Assembly: GCA_000708835.1 (NCBI GenBank)
Contig: DF237644.1
Coordinates: 1 to 42,799 of the forward strand
Reading direction: 5' to 3'
From: Klebsormidium nitens
Taxonomy: Eukaryota; Plantae; Klebsormidiophyceae
DNA length: 42,799 bases
Part shown: positions 1-13,000 of the stretch, piece by piece
Numbering within the stretch: the first letter of the stretch is position 1
How the letters are laid out: each line of letters starts with the position of its first letter
Notes under the pieces: generated by a model
What the model saw: only the letters and a program-made list of their open reading frames with translations
What the model was told of the DNA's origin: nothing
Database searches by the model: none
Position numbers and translations under genes: made by a program

Positions 1-3000
1 GTCATCATTTCATCACCCAGTTTCCGTACACATGGGGCGCAATTGACACCATCGGAACTCCACCATTTGGCTGAGGTTCTGCGCACCGTCGATACGAATA
101 TCCACGGTCAAATTCACCTTATAAGTTATCCTGCAATCGAATCGACTTTCCAATCTGGCAGTGATAGCTTCTGCGGCCTCCGAGTTAGGGGCGGGGTCGC
201 GACCTTCTTCAACAACGCTATGGACATGCCAACAAGGTAAAGACGGGAAACGAGCTAGCTTAGATTGGAACCTTCTTTGCCGACAGTGAATGGAGACAAT
301 GAATGATAGGATCCGACTCAAACTAGGTAGATAGAGTTACGCCATGCAGGATGAGCTAGCGGCCTGGTAGCATGTCAATGGTGAGGGTCGGATAATGATA
401 GCGCGCCATATGTTGCATGCTAAGCTCAATCGTTGTTATGACCGCGCTCGGTTACTAGAATTATTGTTCGGTTTAAGATTTTGATGTCGGAACAATCAGC
501 CCAAACATTAAATAGCTTCTTTTCCCGCCATCATGGCCCGCATGAGCGTGTACTAATTAAACGAGGTGACCGGACCACAATAAATCATGGTATGCCGGGG
601 CGTGCCTCTTGCGCCCCAGACTCCGCTTGAGGCCCGGCGCACGGGCCACCTTTTAGTCTCCCATGTTATAAGTTGGTTGATTTAAAACCCTCTGCCCCGG
701 CTTACTATATTTAGTTCCTTGATTAGCTGCTTATGATCTGCAGATATGATGTATACCCGATCAAAAAGCTAGGTCATATTGTGATAAACCGAAACTTGAA
801 AAATGCCGGCCACACATTGGCACAACTTGAGGCCTTTGGTGAAATTGTGAGGCCTTGTGAAACACCATCCAATAAAGGAGGGCTTGGTTTCCGAACCTCA
901 AACTACTAAATGATCGTATAGGACATCCCAGAACTATTGGGAGAATGCTGCGAAAATTGGCCAGATTGTAACCATTCCCAAACAAATCAAATGGTTATGG
1001 TTTTATAAGCTCCAAAACTTGGAGCTCATTCTGTGACGTGCGCCCCATTTGGCGCCCCAAAATCAGCCCCAGAGCGCAGGAAAGGCTTAAGGGGCCCATT
1101 CCGCCCCAAAGTGCGCTCCGTCGGAAACGCTGGTTGCGTTGTAAAAGACAGCGGAACATGCAGCCGCGCTCCATCACGATTCGAAGTTCGATGCGCAGAT
1201 GCGAATCCTGACCTCGGATGAAGGAGTGCCAATACAAGCTGACAGGGGGAGGGTTCTTACTCTTAGGGTAAATACTACTGCATAAAAGCAGCCAGTCCAG
1301 TCCATCCGATGGCGACAAAAACCGCTAAGTCTGACGAGAGGTTGCCTCCATGAACAAATTTGAAGGTGCAGACGTTCTGTCCGTGTTAACATCAGCAACA
1401 ACAGCCCGTGTGACGTGCGATCTAACGTGTGACGTGAAAAGCCCCATCAGCTCGCTGACTCGTGCCGATGTAAACACGGATGGGTGCGCTCTAACAATCT
1501 GCAAGTCACAGCAGTAAATGGCGTCAGAGCCTTCTGAGAAAATGACCAAACAATCTGGAAAGGTCATCCGCACGGCTCAACTCAAGACCGAAGAGTCCGA
1601 AAAGTCCGGACAAAGGCTTAAAGACAGCTGAGAGCTGAGGGGAGCAACCAGAGCAGGAGGCGGATGGCCATCATCAAGGTATACTGTCTGCCGTGTGCCC
1701 TTTGCTAGGCCTTGTTGCTTGCGACCAAATCCTGCTCTCTGTCTCGATTACCAGAACGGGTACGATGCCAGCAGATTGGCAAGCGACGGTTAAAGCTATA
1801 ACTGAGGTTGGAAAATCAGCATAATCTGCATGTTGGGTTGCAAAAGTAGGCAGCTTGCAGGCTCTAAGGGTAAGAGAGACGTTCCCCTACACAGCCGACA
1901 AAAAAAACCAGCCCTCGCAGTCAACGGATTATGGCTCAAGCACTTCCTACGAAGTCCCATGCCGTAAACGTGCACTAATGGGGCTGCTGTTGCTGATTTG
2001 TTTAAGCTTTGAATCCACCACTTCGCCGTTTAACCATCCGCACAAAACAGCCGACACGAGTACTCAAAAACCTTTGCTCACCGAGCAGGAACGTCCTAAG
2101 ACGGTTGTCTAGGAAGCTCGACACAACCTTGCGACCATTATTTTCGGGAGAAACCCTTAAGCCCATAATCTGATGCTCGTCAGGTTGAAGAGCAGCTGAC
2201 TAGAAGGCTTTGAATCAGACAGAAAAACGAGCGCAGTGCTCCTTGATAGCAGAGAACATGGGCATAAACTGCGAAAATTTTCCGGAATGAAGACTCACCT
2301 TCACAATGATCTTCGAGTCCTCCACCTCGTCCAGGACAGGGCGCTCACAAAGAGTGCTCATGATGGCCGACACATCTCCTTCAAACCTGCACAGCATGCA
2401 CGCCTTCTCAGACAACGGCGGAACAAGGTACCTGAATGTATAAAGAGAGCCCTCAAAAGCTGCGGCGCCTCGTGAGTCTCTTCTAAGTTTCTGTACAGGT
2501 TTCTCTGAACCTGATTCGCATGGCCTTGCGCTCTTCAATTGTGCACATTGTGTAAGTCTGAGGCTTGTCTCTTGAAGGGCGAGCTCCAAGACACGAAGCA
2601 GTCGCCAAAGGGAGATGCAGATCGAGAGAAAGCAGGCTCTCCAGCGACGGCAATTTGCCAAAGAAGACGGGGCTGCAGTCCGGCGGGTGATGTCTCCGTG
2701 GCCATACCCAGTCCTGAAACGGAGAAGCTAATCCAAAATTCTTCGACAACCTGCTTCATGTAGGACTGACACAGCCGATAACCAAAGGAAATACTTCGGC
2801 GCAACTCTGCAATTTGAGAAGGCTGTCAACGAAGGCTGCGTCACTTACTACTCGCTGCAGGTCTGCGGGAGGATGACCGCGCACGCCTCGTCCGGAGCTA
2901 CGCGTCCAAAGGAGTGAAGAGTTGCTGAGAGCTGCTGCTGCAAGGATGACATGACAGTGACGTCAGCTTCGACCAAGACACGTGTAGGAACTTCAGGCCC

Positions 3001-3145
3001 CACAGGCGGAATGTCAAAGGGAAACAATTGAACGATTGTCGCTGTGAGGAAAGGCGTCCCACGGAGACGATCTTTTAACGGCGCAAACCCTTGAGGCTTG
3101 AGCACCTACAGGAGGTGAGCTCCCAGGCAGATCTGCACTTCCACG

Positions 3146-3191
3146 GACCTTCCTTGACCATAAGAGATGACCTTCCTTGACCATAAGAGAT
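3146..3191. repeat. Perfect 23-bp tandem duplication
   Basis: gaccttccttgaccataagagat occurs at 3146-3168 and 3169-3191. Confidence 0.95.
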
Positions 3192-3703
3192 GTTGGAAAA
3201 GGCCTTTGGCTGGACCACACTTCATTCTGACATCCTTGAGTAAATCACAAACCACAAAGGGCCACAAAACAATCTAAGAATTGTGCAACAAGGACCAGAC
3301 AAGCATCCGCACCTTCATGACATGGTGTCCAGCTGTGGGCAATCAGCCGCATACGACTGGACCAGCGTGTCCGCCCTGGCAGGGACGTGCTCCAATAATA
3401 ACCGTCTGGCTCCTGCAAGCGAACACCAGTCAGCGGCTGCACCAAAATCACTCTCCGGCACAATGACTTGGTGGGCGGGGGGTGGGCGTCAGGGCATCTG
3501 GTCCGCCCGCATCGACAATGCCGGGGCACTTGATATGGAGCTTCAGAAGAAAGTGTTTGGCAGCCACAGCAAACGTCCATGGTGCGGATGGAGCCTTCGG
3601 ACGCAAGAACAAATATCCGGGGAGTGCCACAGCAAGGACCAGAGTGTGGCTCAAGGGGCAATGATGTAGCGAAGAATTACTGGGCCTTTCTGAAAGCTCC
3701 TGC

Positions 3704-4062
3704 CAGTGTTCGCGGCGAAACCTGATTGATTTCGCCAGTCAGGTTTGTGCATCAGTTTGCGCAGGCTGGCGAAATTGAGCGCGGCCGCACATAGGCGGGC
3801 GGGCGTAGAACGCCTGTGTCAACGACATTCTGGGGTCAGGTGGCAGTTACTTTTGACCTTGTATGAGAAGACTGCCTTAGAGGCGGCTGGTAGTTGGGTT
3901 TGCGTCAGACCCATACCTCATTTGGCACCAAGTAATAGGCTGAGGAGCAAGAGATTGCGTAAGCCTACAGATATTTTCACCAATTTCGCCAATTAGGGTG
4001 AATTTGCGCTTCAGCAATTAGTGTTTGCGCATTTCCAAAAACAGTTTCGCCCACGATCACCC
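3704..4062. mobile_element. Possible small non-autonomous (MITE-like) insertion with degenerate terminal inverted repeats
   Basis: Left end CAGTGTTCGCGGCGAAA (3704-3720) imperfectly matches the reverse complement of tttcgcccacgatcaccc (4045-4062). Five GGCGAAA/TTTCGCC copies lie at 3714, 3730, 3768, 3984 and 4045. No target-site duplication found. Confidence 0.3.
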
Positions 4063-5899
4063 ATTACAAGACCGCCCATACACTCCAATGCCGGTACACC
4101 GCACTCCGCAATGCCAGATGCCCCACAGACGTCCACCCTTGAATTTGGACGCTCCACAGATTCTCAAAAGGGACTCCTTAAGCAGCGCAGAGTTTACATC
4201 AGCAGAAAGGCAATTCACCTTTGGCGGCGCCGTCCCTAATCTTCGATTCGTGCGATTTCCTGAGCTGGCGCAGTAGCCAAAGTGGACGATCGTTGGTACC
4301 GGCCACCACGATGTGATCCCGCTCCATCACTTTCGAATGCGCGCCCTTTCGCAGCCGCTCCATGCGGCTCTGCAACCAGGATAGACGGATTATACTGGAT
4401 TTCTAGCGCCTTTTGGCGACACAGTCGCAGTCTCTGGTCTTTGGCTTCGACACTGTAATGTCCTTCAAAACGCACCGGTGAACACAAGGGTCTGAAAATT
4501 GCACGAGACTCGTTTGAGCAGCGAGGAGCTAAGGCTTCGCGGTTCAAACAAAATCCACAAACCGATGGTACACAGGGATCGGTACCATGTTTTCAGAGTT
4601 TCTGAGGAACTCTCAAGTGCGCAAAACTTGAGGACTTTACTTTGAAGGATGTGGTCATAGTACTGGTCAGCAACGACCAGCAGAAGAGCGCCCCTAGGGC
4701 AAGCATCAGACCAGCCCGCACGAGCACAAAAGCTCTTCTCCTGCATGCGAGAGAAAAGAACGACCGTAAGCGACCCTGAAATTGCGAAGCCTCTTCGAGC
4801 TTCGCTTGACAATGAAGGAGAGAAGAGGGTGAAGCATCACTATAGTGCCAGACGACAAGTCCGCAATCTGGACGGAAGGCAGCTCTCCAGGTCTCAACGG
4901 ATGAGGACACCACGATTCGGGGGAGGGTGAACGAGAACCCCTCTTACGTCACTTTCATACCTGATTTCTGACAGAAGACGGAAGGGCTTCAGGAGCACCT
5001 TGTAACTCTGAATGACGGCGACAGAAGCGATATTCGTTGCAGAACGGACCCTTCCTAGACTCGTTGGACGCATACCAACCTTTACGTGGCTGGTGGAGGC
5101 GTGAAGCAACTCCAGGCGTCCCACACGCTATCCCGCAGGCTCTTGCGACGGTGGTCCCTGCGAGAAGCAAGATAATAGTGGTCTCAGCAGATGCCGGAGG
5201 CAGAAATCGGTTTACCATCATGTGAGAAAAGGCTTTGTCAAGCGGCAAACTCCATGAGCTCGCAGGCAGTGAAATATGCGCGCGCAAATTCGTTTGGTCA
5301 ATTCTGTTAGTGGCTTTCCTAATAGCTGTGCACCCGTGCTACGCGATTTTTGGCACAATGGTGTGAAGGGTTCGGGTGAACGCTTCAGGAAACGACGCTG
5401 AATCTAAAATTAGCTGGGCAAAGATGCCTGAAAGTTGTGCGTTCCTGCTTTTTCGTCCAAATAGCCACGTGGTAAAAGCTGAACGGCCCGTGCGCACCTG
5501 GGATAAGCCGGTGTGTGCTCAGTAACATGTGAAGACATCCGGTCTTTGCACCATCTCGACTGACGTTGCCAAGCGCCTTTAGAACTTCGTCACTTCTGGA
5601 TGAGGCACACTCGTATGACCATTCTTTTTCCCAAGTAATGTTGACGGCTAAACAGACCAGTCGAAAGAGAGTCGAGATTACAAAACTGTACTCGGTTGTT
5701 CATAGAGACTGCTTTAAAAACGCGTGTAAAAACCAATGGATTCCGTATCAAAATTTTATTTGTACGTGGCTGATGATTCAAAAGCCTGGGAGAATTAAAA
5801 TATAAACTTCTTCGAGGGAAAAAGCTCGACTAGGACAGGTTGAACAGCCCTAGCGTCTTACGTGAAGGGTGCTTCTCCAGGGAGACACGCTTCCCAGGC

Positions 5900-8152
5900 A
5901 CCATTTCGCTGAAGGGCCAGTTGAGTGCAGCTGCGAAGGCTGCCGCAAAAGATTGGATCAGCAGCCGCTCGCCGGGGGGTTCGGATACACGGTCTGGAAG
6001 GAGGGGGACTGGCTGGCATAGACCGCTGTAGCTATTGAGGGGAAGATGGAAGCGGCTGTGAGGTGGCGGGTCAGGATGACTAGGGTGAGGAGGGTGACAA
6101 GGACAGTGAAGGCCAGAAACGAGAAAAGAGCGAAGTTGGGGCCCTGTACGGCAGCCAGTGAGTACACAATCGCTTTTTAAGACACTTTGTTCTGCGAGCA
6201 ATCATGGACTTTCTTGTCCAGAGGAAGGATCGCAAGTTGGGCAATGTGTCGAGCGTTTTTTCATCATTGTAGACAACAGTCTTCAAGGACCAGTCTAATG
6301 AGAGGTTCATCAAATGGTCCAGGAGGTGGTGGAGCAGTCCCCATCAGTTGAAAAAACAACGACTCAAGACATCCAGAATGCGCATGAAAACCGAAAGAGG
6401 GCCGCAGGTACAATGGCCTGGTCAACACAAAAGGGTTCCTTTTTCATTGCCAGCTGTCCGTTTTTGCCTTTGGGTCTTGTCGATTCCAAAGATTGGAACA
6501 GCTGTAGGGGGATCAGAACTTGAGCTTTTTGAGAGGACGCGCGCAATCTGCTCCAAAACATGGAAGCATTTGCCAGGGTTCTCCTAGTCGTACAAAAGAA
6601 AAGGCAGAGGAAAGTGTGACCTTTTGACATAGTTAACACTTACCAGGGACCTTAGATCTGATGCCCCATGAAGGTCTGGGTCACTGGGCTGTGCCCCATC
6701 TGGGGTTACTTCCTCCTTCTTCAGACCCAGTCCTAATGCATAGCCGCCCTCAGCCCCGGCGCACTTGGCTTTCCGCGTCTCATGAATTGGGCTTTACGAC
6801 GGTCGGAGGCAGGACCGATGGACGGCTGATTCCACATTCGGAAGGTGGCTTTTCTGCCACACCCTGCAGAGAAGATATTAAATTTCAAGAAGTGCAAAAC
6901 TCGACTAATCATCTTGGCTGAAGCACTGCGCACAATCGACAAACTTTCACACATGCACTTTGCAATCTCTTCATGGAACCACGAATACTGAGAATACAAG
7001 GGTTTTCCAAAGTGTTGTGCACATCTGATTGATGTCCACAGAGTCCAGACTCCAGATTCAAGGACCTCGACATGCTAGGGGCCACCATTCAATTGCTGAA
7101 AGGTTTACGCAAGTCTCATCCTTCACTGATGTCACAGTGGCACTAAGTTTGACCAACATCTCCTTCACTCTAAAAAGCCTGGAGGTGCGTGGTCTAGCGC
7201 ATTTGTGAAGCTGCCCCACAAGCCACAACAATCAGGCGCAGTCTGCATGATCACCGGCGACCGTTTCAACCACTGCCCGACTCTTTGTGAGCTTTCTAAG
7301 AGGGCAGGGCTTGACCAATCTTTCATTAATGCCAAAACTACATGCGCTTGCGCTTTAATGAGTTGCGGCCAAGACAGACGAATGTTGACAGTGGCTCGGT
7401 TGCAAAGAAAGGGACTTGATGTGCAATTAAATGACAAGAAGTCCACACATGGACAAGTATCATCCAAAATCAAATCCTTGGAGTTGCAAAAGATGCAGGA
7501 GCGCTTATCAAGGAAGAGCTGCCCGGCATTGGTCACCGCAACCCTCACGAAGAGCCAGCTCCATCAGGAATTGTTGACAAGATGGCTCACCCCGAGCAGG
7601 CCACAGAAGATGAACACAAAGAGATATCAGAATCACATTAAGTATGGGCAAAATGTTCCTCACCAGATTCTTTCTATTCCTCCTCCCCTCCCAGGATTGA
7701 AGCAACTGTACACGCACTTCAGCAATGGGTCTAAACGCTAGGCATAAGCCGTGTCGTGGCTGCCTTGCATACACCACCTGCTTCCCAAAGGCTCTGTTGA
7801 AAAGACATTGCGTTTGGGGGCATGCAAGAGTCGCCATGACTCTATATTGCGCAAGCGCTACTTGGCTGGACTGATTTCAGATTCTCAGAGAGAATCAAGT
7901 GAGCAAAGATACGCACGCTGTTTTAGTTCCCTTGACGATACATCCAATCTTTGCAGCTTGCCTCCAAAGAAGGGTGCTGCTGTCAAAGGCAGAATACCGA
8001 CAAAAAGCTGACGGCGCTACACTCACTGTAAGGCACTGCACACTAATTGTCTCTTCCCCAGTTCTGCTACTAGGGGCTGCTGCCCAACAGCTCAGGCAGA
8101 CTGCTGGCACCCTCAGGAGGTCTTCAGCCGCTGCTCGTCTTTCCGCCTCCAT
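5900..8152 (-). pseudogene. Decayed multi-exon gene of unknown function (boundaries approximate)
   Basis: Start MEAERRAAAEDLLR at 8152 lies downstream (minus sense) of a GC-rich island at 8220-8320. There is a clear intron gtaagt...cgactag (about 6640-6584). The protein-like exon VWQKSHLPNVESAVHRSCLRPS*SPIHETRKAKCAGAEGGYALGLG carries an in-frame stop. No family recognised. Confidence 0.4.
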
Positions 8153-10013
8153 TTAAAGCGCCCCATGCAGAGCGCCTCTCAATTTTCAAAGCGACTCCTC
8201 AGCCAAGTTTGAAGAGTGCGCCGAGCCGCGACGGACGCGGCAAGCTAGAGCCTGCTAGTGACTGGCAGCGACGCCGCGGCCGCACCCGGCCGGCACCGCG
8301 CTGCCGCGCGGCCGTCTTAGTCATCATATCCGGGCACAACCCTTCCAGGAATTATAAGTTTTCACGATGGTTGTGTCGTTATCTGTTTCAGTCTAGCGCG
8401 GCTCTTGAATTTTAAGTGTAAGTCCCGGCGCAGTGCCGAGTCGTACGGCGAGTTTGGTTTCAGGGTAAATTTTCGGACTTAGCGATTTCTCGAGGCCGAA
8501 TTTGCCCGTATATTTTCCACCTTCTATAATTTATAGCGCGACCTAGAGACCTTACTTTGAAAAAGTGAACGGTCAAAGTCTCGAACATACGCCCCTTAAC
8601 ACTGAGGAATTTCTGGTTGATCAGGAACCTAGTGCAGGTGAATGTGCACGGTGTTAACGGGCTCTAATAATAATTTTTACTGGTAAAATTCACTGTGAAA
8701 CACTATATACGCGACGGTGCGGGAACCGTCGATCGTGAATTATTTTTAACCGGTGGCGCAAATTCCGGAGTGGTTGTGGGCCTGCTGAGCTGCATGCCGC
8801 GCACCTCGCCGCGGCTGGGGCTTTTATTACGGGGCCGCGCCACTGCAAGACACATTAGAAATACGCGCTTGCACAATTGTACACGAAGATTGCAAAATAG
8901 TCTTAGCTCAACCCAATCCAGCTGCCCTCCAGCTGCCGAAGCTGCTGCAGCAGAAGCTGCTTCGGTACGCTACGGTCTTGCAGTAATTGCACCGGGAAGT
9001 GCCCACGTGACCACACGCGGCTTATGCCGGCCGCGGGCCGGCCGCCGCCGCCTTTTTATCTGGTCCAAGCGCTTAGGCTTCACGGTGCCGCAGCTAACTG
9101 ACTATAGTATGTGCCCGCGCAATCCCGCATGTGCCGCCCTCTCAGATCGCGAACTCAATGTCTTCTGCTGATGCGGCACTTGTGAAGCAGCAAAGCGGTG
9201 TGCTCCACCCACTTCTCGAGAGTGCACGCATCACGACCAGTGTGAAGCAAGCCAACGTCTGCATATATTCATGAGGCGCATGCAAGACTCGGTTTCCAAC
9301 ACTGTCTGCGCATGCTACTTTTCCGCGAGGCAGTCACTTCTGACTCCGCGGTTCCACCTGACGAACTGGGTGAGACCATGCGCCAGATACCGCACCCGAA
9401 AAGCGTTGTGAATGACACTGTCGAACCCAGCCCGCGCGGCTTTCGAATTTCCGCAACTTCTCGACGTGGCCCTTGAACAATTGAAGGCTTAGTTTCTGCA
9501 ACGGTGACATGCGAAGGTTCGAGGAGCCACGCTTCAGGGTCGTGCCAAATGGTTGATTTCAGCTGAAAGGAATCAAGGTGAGACTGGCGCCCACGTCCAA
9601 AAAGACGGCCGCGAAGCTTGCACGAAAGTTGCCGCCGCTTGCGTACTCGGAGCGGGTTTAGAGGGTCTGGCTTCACAACCATGGAAAGCGCTCTTTTTCC
9701 CATTTTGCCTTGGGAAGTTCTGCGTTCTTTCATCGTCCCATCGGTGCCCCCAAGTGGAAAGGGGAGGTTACGATTACGATACCCAATCCAATAGCTAAAG
9801 GCAGGAGTAGCTTGGGGAGGCTCTAGCTGGTTGGCCGACTTTCTTGCAAGGGAAATGTCTCTTGTCTCTTTTCAAAAGGCTCAGGAATGGAAGTGACCGG
9901 CTACGCATGCTTGAGCTTGCACATTAAATCTTAGCTCTGTCTGCACAAAAGACGCGAGCTTCGTGGGAGCTAGCTTTCTTGAGCGGATCGATGTTTACGA
10001 GGTTCTGGGACGA

Positions 10014-13000
10014 ATGGCGCGAGGGACGTCTCTCTTCGCGCAGGGATCGGCCAACCTGTTCCTAGGGTTTTCGGTTTTCGCCTCGGCACTGTCAGCCATT
10101 TATGCCCAAGCGCCCCGGGCCCCCTTTTCCCCCGGGCTCAAACGGCAGCTCCAATGGCAGCTCGGGGATTCCCCCCGGGTCTCTACAGGTTAGCGCCGAC
10201 CAGCCCCCGGACCCGGTCTTGGGCTACAATCTGACCGGTTTCATGGACACGAACGCCTACTACGGATCGTACGGAAATGTCCAAACGGACACTAACGCAG
10301 TGCCCGAGCCTAACGTTGACGCGAGCTTGGTTCCCCCCGGGTGCCACGTCTTCAACCGGTGGGCGATTGCCAACTACACCGGGCCACTGCCCTGCCAGAC
10401 GAACGGACAGCCGTCGTCGCCCTCGGGGCCTCCATGCCTGATAAGATTCGTTGAGCGTCACCACCACTTCGGTTCCTTGAAGAAGATGAAGATTGCGTCG
10501 AATCGCGTCCTTTCTGATCCTAGCTGGTGGTAGGCAGTGTTGGACTTGCAGAATCGTCCAAAAATTGAGACTCCTTTCTGCTTTTCCTCGTGGCTCGTAA
10601 CCCTGGGAAGGTCATCCATGTGCATCTCATATGAAGGTTCGGGTCCTGAAATGTTTGGATTCGTGAGCTACAAAGGCTCGCTGCAATATCTACTCATGCA
10701 AGTTGAGCAAATCTGATAATTCTTTTGAGCAGGCCAACAAGTCTCCGTCGGCTGGAACGAGCCGAACGTGTCTTAATCTGCCCTGCAATGGATGCGACCC
10801 GCATGTTACAAAACGAAAGTCTGCTGCCAAGAGGAGTGCACGGGATGTGCGATTGAATCTCTTACTCTTGCAAATATGCAGAACATCGCCGGGAGGATTG
10901 CCCTCGTTACAGGAGCATCGACCGGTGAGGCTTTGTAACGGGGATCAATTGTGTCAAAACAAGTTTTAATGGATAGTCATTGAAACTCAAATTGGGGTGA
11001 TTCTGCAAGGGTGTTGTCTGTCTGACATGTTGTTTGATTCGAGCGGTGCAGTTACTTCAGCCAGCATGCGAGACGCGAGGTCCACGTTCGTGACATCTTC
11101 GATCCTGTTAGCAGCGTCTTAGCGCGAGGATCGGTTTCGTAGTTGGCTGCTTCAAGTTGATAAAGGATCTTAAAGAGCTGGCGCTTTGGCCTGGACAAGG
11201 CGTAACGGAGCGTCACGACCAATTACCCAGGAGGTCGTCAGCCGCATCTCTGGCACCTTCTCCAAAGCACACACTGGAAGTTATCGAGTGTTCTTACATG
11301 AATGTACTTCTGGCAAGGAATGCTTGTCGAGCTTCCCCTGCAGCGTCTACCACCCGCTAAGAAGAGCGTCCTTTTACACCCCAGGCATCGGCCGCGCGGC
11401 TACGGATCGGCTGGCGGCCGCGGGCGGGATCGTGATCGGGACTTCGCGGTATCCGTGGCGGTACCCACAGCCGCCAATTGGCAGCTGTACCAGCTGGACC
11501 AGACGTCGGATGACTCGGTGAAGCAGCTTATAAACCGCATCGCATCCAACTACAGCGAAATCGACTTCCTTTATCTGAACGCGGGTACGTGGCCCTGTCT
11601 GAAGGCCTCGCATCGTCATATTCTGAAGTTCCTTCCACAAGCAGAGAGGATCATGAAGCGGCGTATGAACCGCTGGTTGATGGATTCTACTGCAGTCGTG
11701 CTTTCTTTGCACAGCGTATCTTCCATTTCTCGGAGTTACCCATCGAGCATCTGGATCCGTCATTCAATTACGCCTCAAGAGCAGCCTTCAGGTCAGGGGT
11801 GTCTTCGCAGTGCCTCAGGGGCACCCGTATCCTTGGCCTTCAACTGTCAAGAGGCTGCGAATCGAACTGATTCTACCTTATGCATTACAAGCCAAGAATT
11901 AGCCTTTGTTTTCTACGACCTCAAAATGAAATTCTGAATTGGCCTTGGCTTCTAACGTTTCCTCGTGCGCCTCTACTACCTACAGGGCGGCTGTTCATCA
12001 GGGACATTGTGAACAGCGACCTGCGGCAATTTCAGCTCACGTTCGACACCAACTTCTGGGGCCCCGTGAGAGTCCTCCAGGCGACGCTCCGTCTAATGCC
12101 CACCACGGGTAAGTACACAAGACAGATCTCTGGAGTCAATGGCGGACCGGTCATCCGAAAGGATATTGTAATACGTTTAAGTCTCTCCAGAAATGTCGCT
12201 CTGATCCGTATCTGCGCAAGTCAGATGCGTTTCGATCAGATCGAACCAACATGCGAGTTAAGACAAAACAGCCCCCTCTTGATATCAGCTTCAGACGCGA
12301 CGACCATCTGTCAGCTGCTTTTGATCGACTTAGCCGTTCCAACGGTTTCCTTGTCCATCTTTTGGTTGTACGCCGCTACGAGCCCCTGCCCATGGCTGAT
12401 CGCGGCCGTCACATCCCCTAGCCTGCTCGCTTCTTTCCGGCCCCTCGTTCCAAGCCATAAGTATTGATGCGACCCCTGACACATCCCCACAATAGGCTCC
12501 CAGGCTACGCGCGCATTCTGCTGACCAGTTCCATAGCCTCCCTGTACGGCAGCCCCGGTTACCTGCGGGCCGTACACCGTTTCCAAGTGGGGCCTCCACG
12601 CTCTCCAGAAGACCTGGGTTTCCTCCGGGGCAGCTCCCGGGAGCACGCCCAGTAACATCGACGTCATCGCCATCATGCTCGGAACCGTCAACACCAGCCT
12701 CGGGTACAACGCCATCCGACGGTGAGCGCGCGCGCACAATTGCGCTTCCACAAAATCTGAAACGACATGTCGGATGGAAGCTTGGAATTTGGAGATTATG
12801 CTGAGTCCCCGCTGTTCGATACTGTGCGCCAATCTGACTGGACTTTGCCCACAGTCAGACGGTCCACGAGCAAGCTCCACTGAGAGTACTATGTTGTCTT
12901 GGGGGTCGGCCCGCTGAAAGTCTCTTACAGGATTCGAAATACGAAGTTGCTGCGCTCGTTGGAGCCAAGCCTGAGCATTCGACTAGATTCAAAAGTTGGC

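Larger units (their letters stand above)
1325..5250 (-). pseudogene. Decayed multi-exon gene of unknown function (boundaries approximate)
   Basis: Several minus-strand open stretches are bounded by AG/GT sites in consistent phase. Examples: tcctgtag|VLKPQGFAPLKDRLRGTPFLTATIVQLFPFDIPP (about 3105-2850); ...EERKAMRIR spliced (AG|G) to YLVPPLSEKACMLCRFEGDVSAIMSTLCERPVLDEVEDSKIIVK|gtgagt (about 2430-2298); probable last exon cttgcag|IVRAHPSVF...SRQT* ending at 1325. In-frame stops and a 23-bp duplication interrupt it. No family recognised. Confidence 0.45.

Noticed and set aside
1-321. Open frames on both strands at the window start
   Set aside because: Either strand is plausible as an exon fragment and neither has a recognisable motif.
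3245-3669. Four in-frame TGA codons in one minus-strand frame as evidence of CpG hypermutation
   Set aside because: Stop density equals random expectation, and splice phase favours a different frame.
1087-8599. TTAA-GGGGC (1087-1095) and GCCCC-TTAA (8591-8599) as ends of a Kolobok-like element
   Set aside because: Only 9 bp match, which is expected by chance at this scale. Similarity does not extend inward, and gcccc motifs lie on both sides of the left TTAA.
9269-9733. Minus-strand ORF containing TIWHDPEAW, reminiscent of the cytochrome P450 xHxDPxxW motif
   Set aside because: No ExxR, PERF or heme-binding Cys motif nearby.
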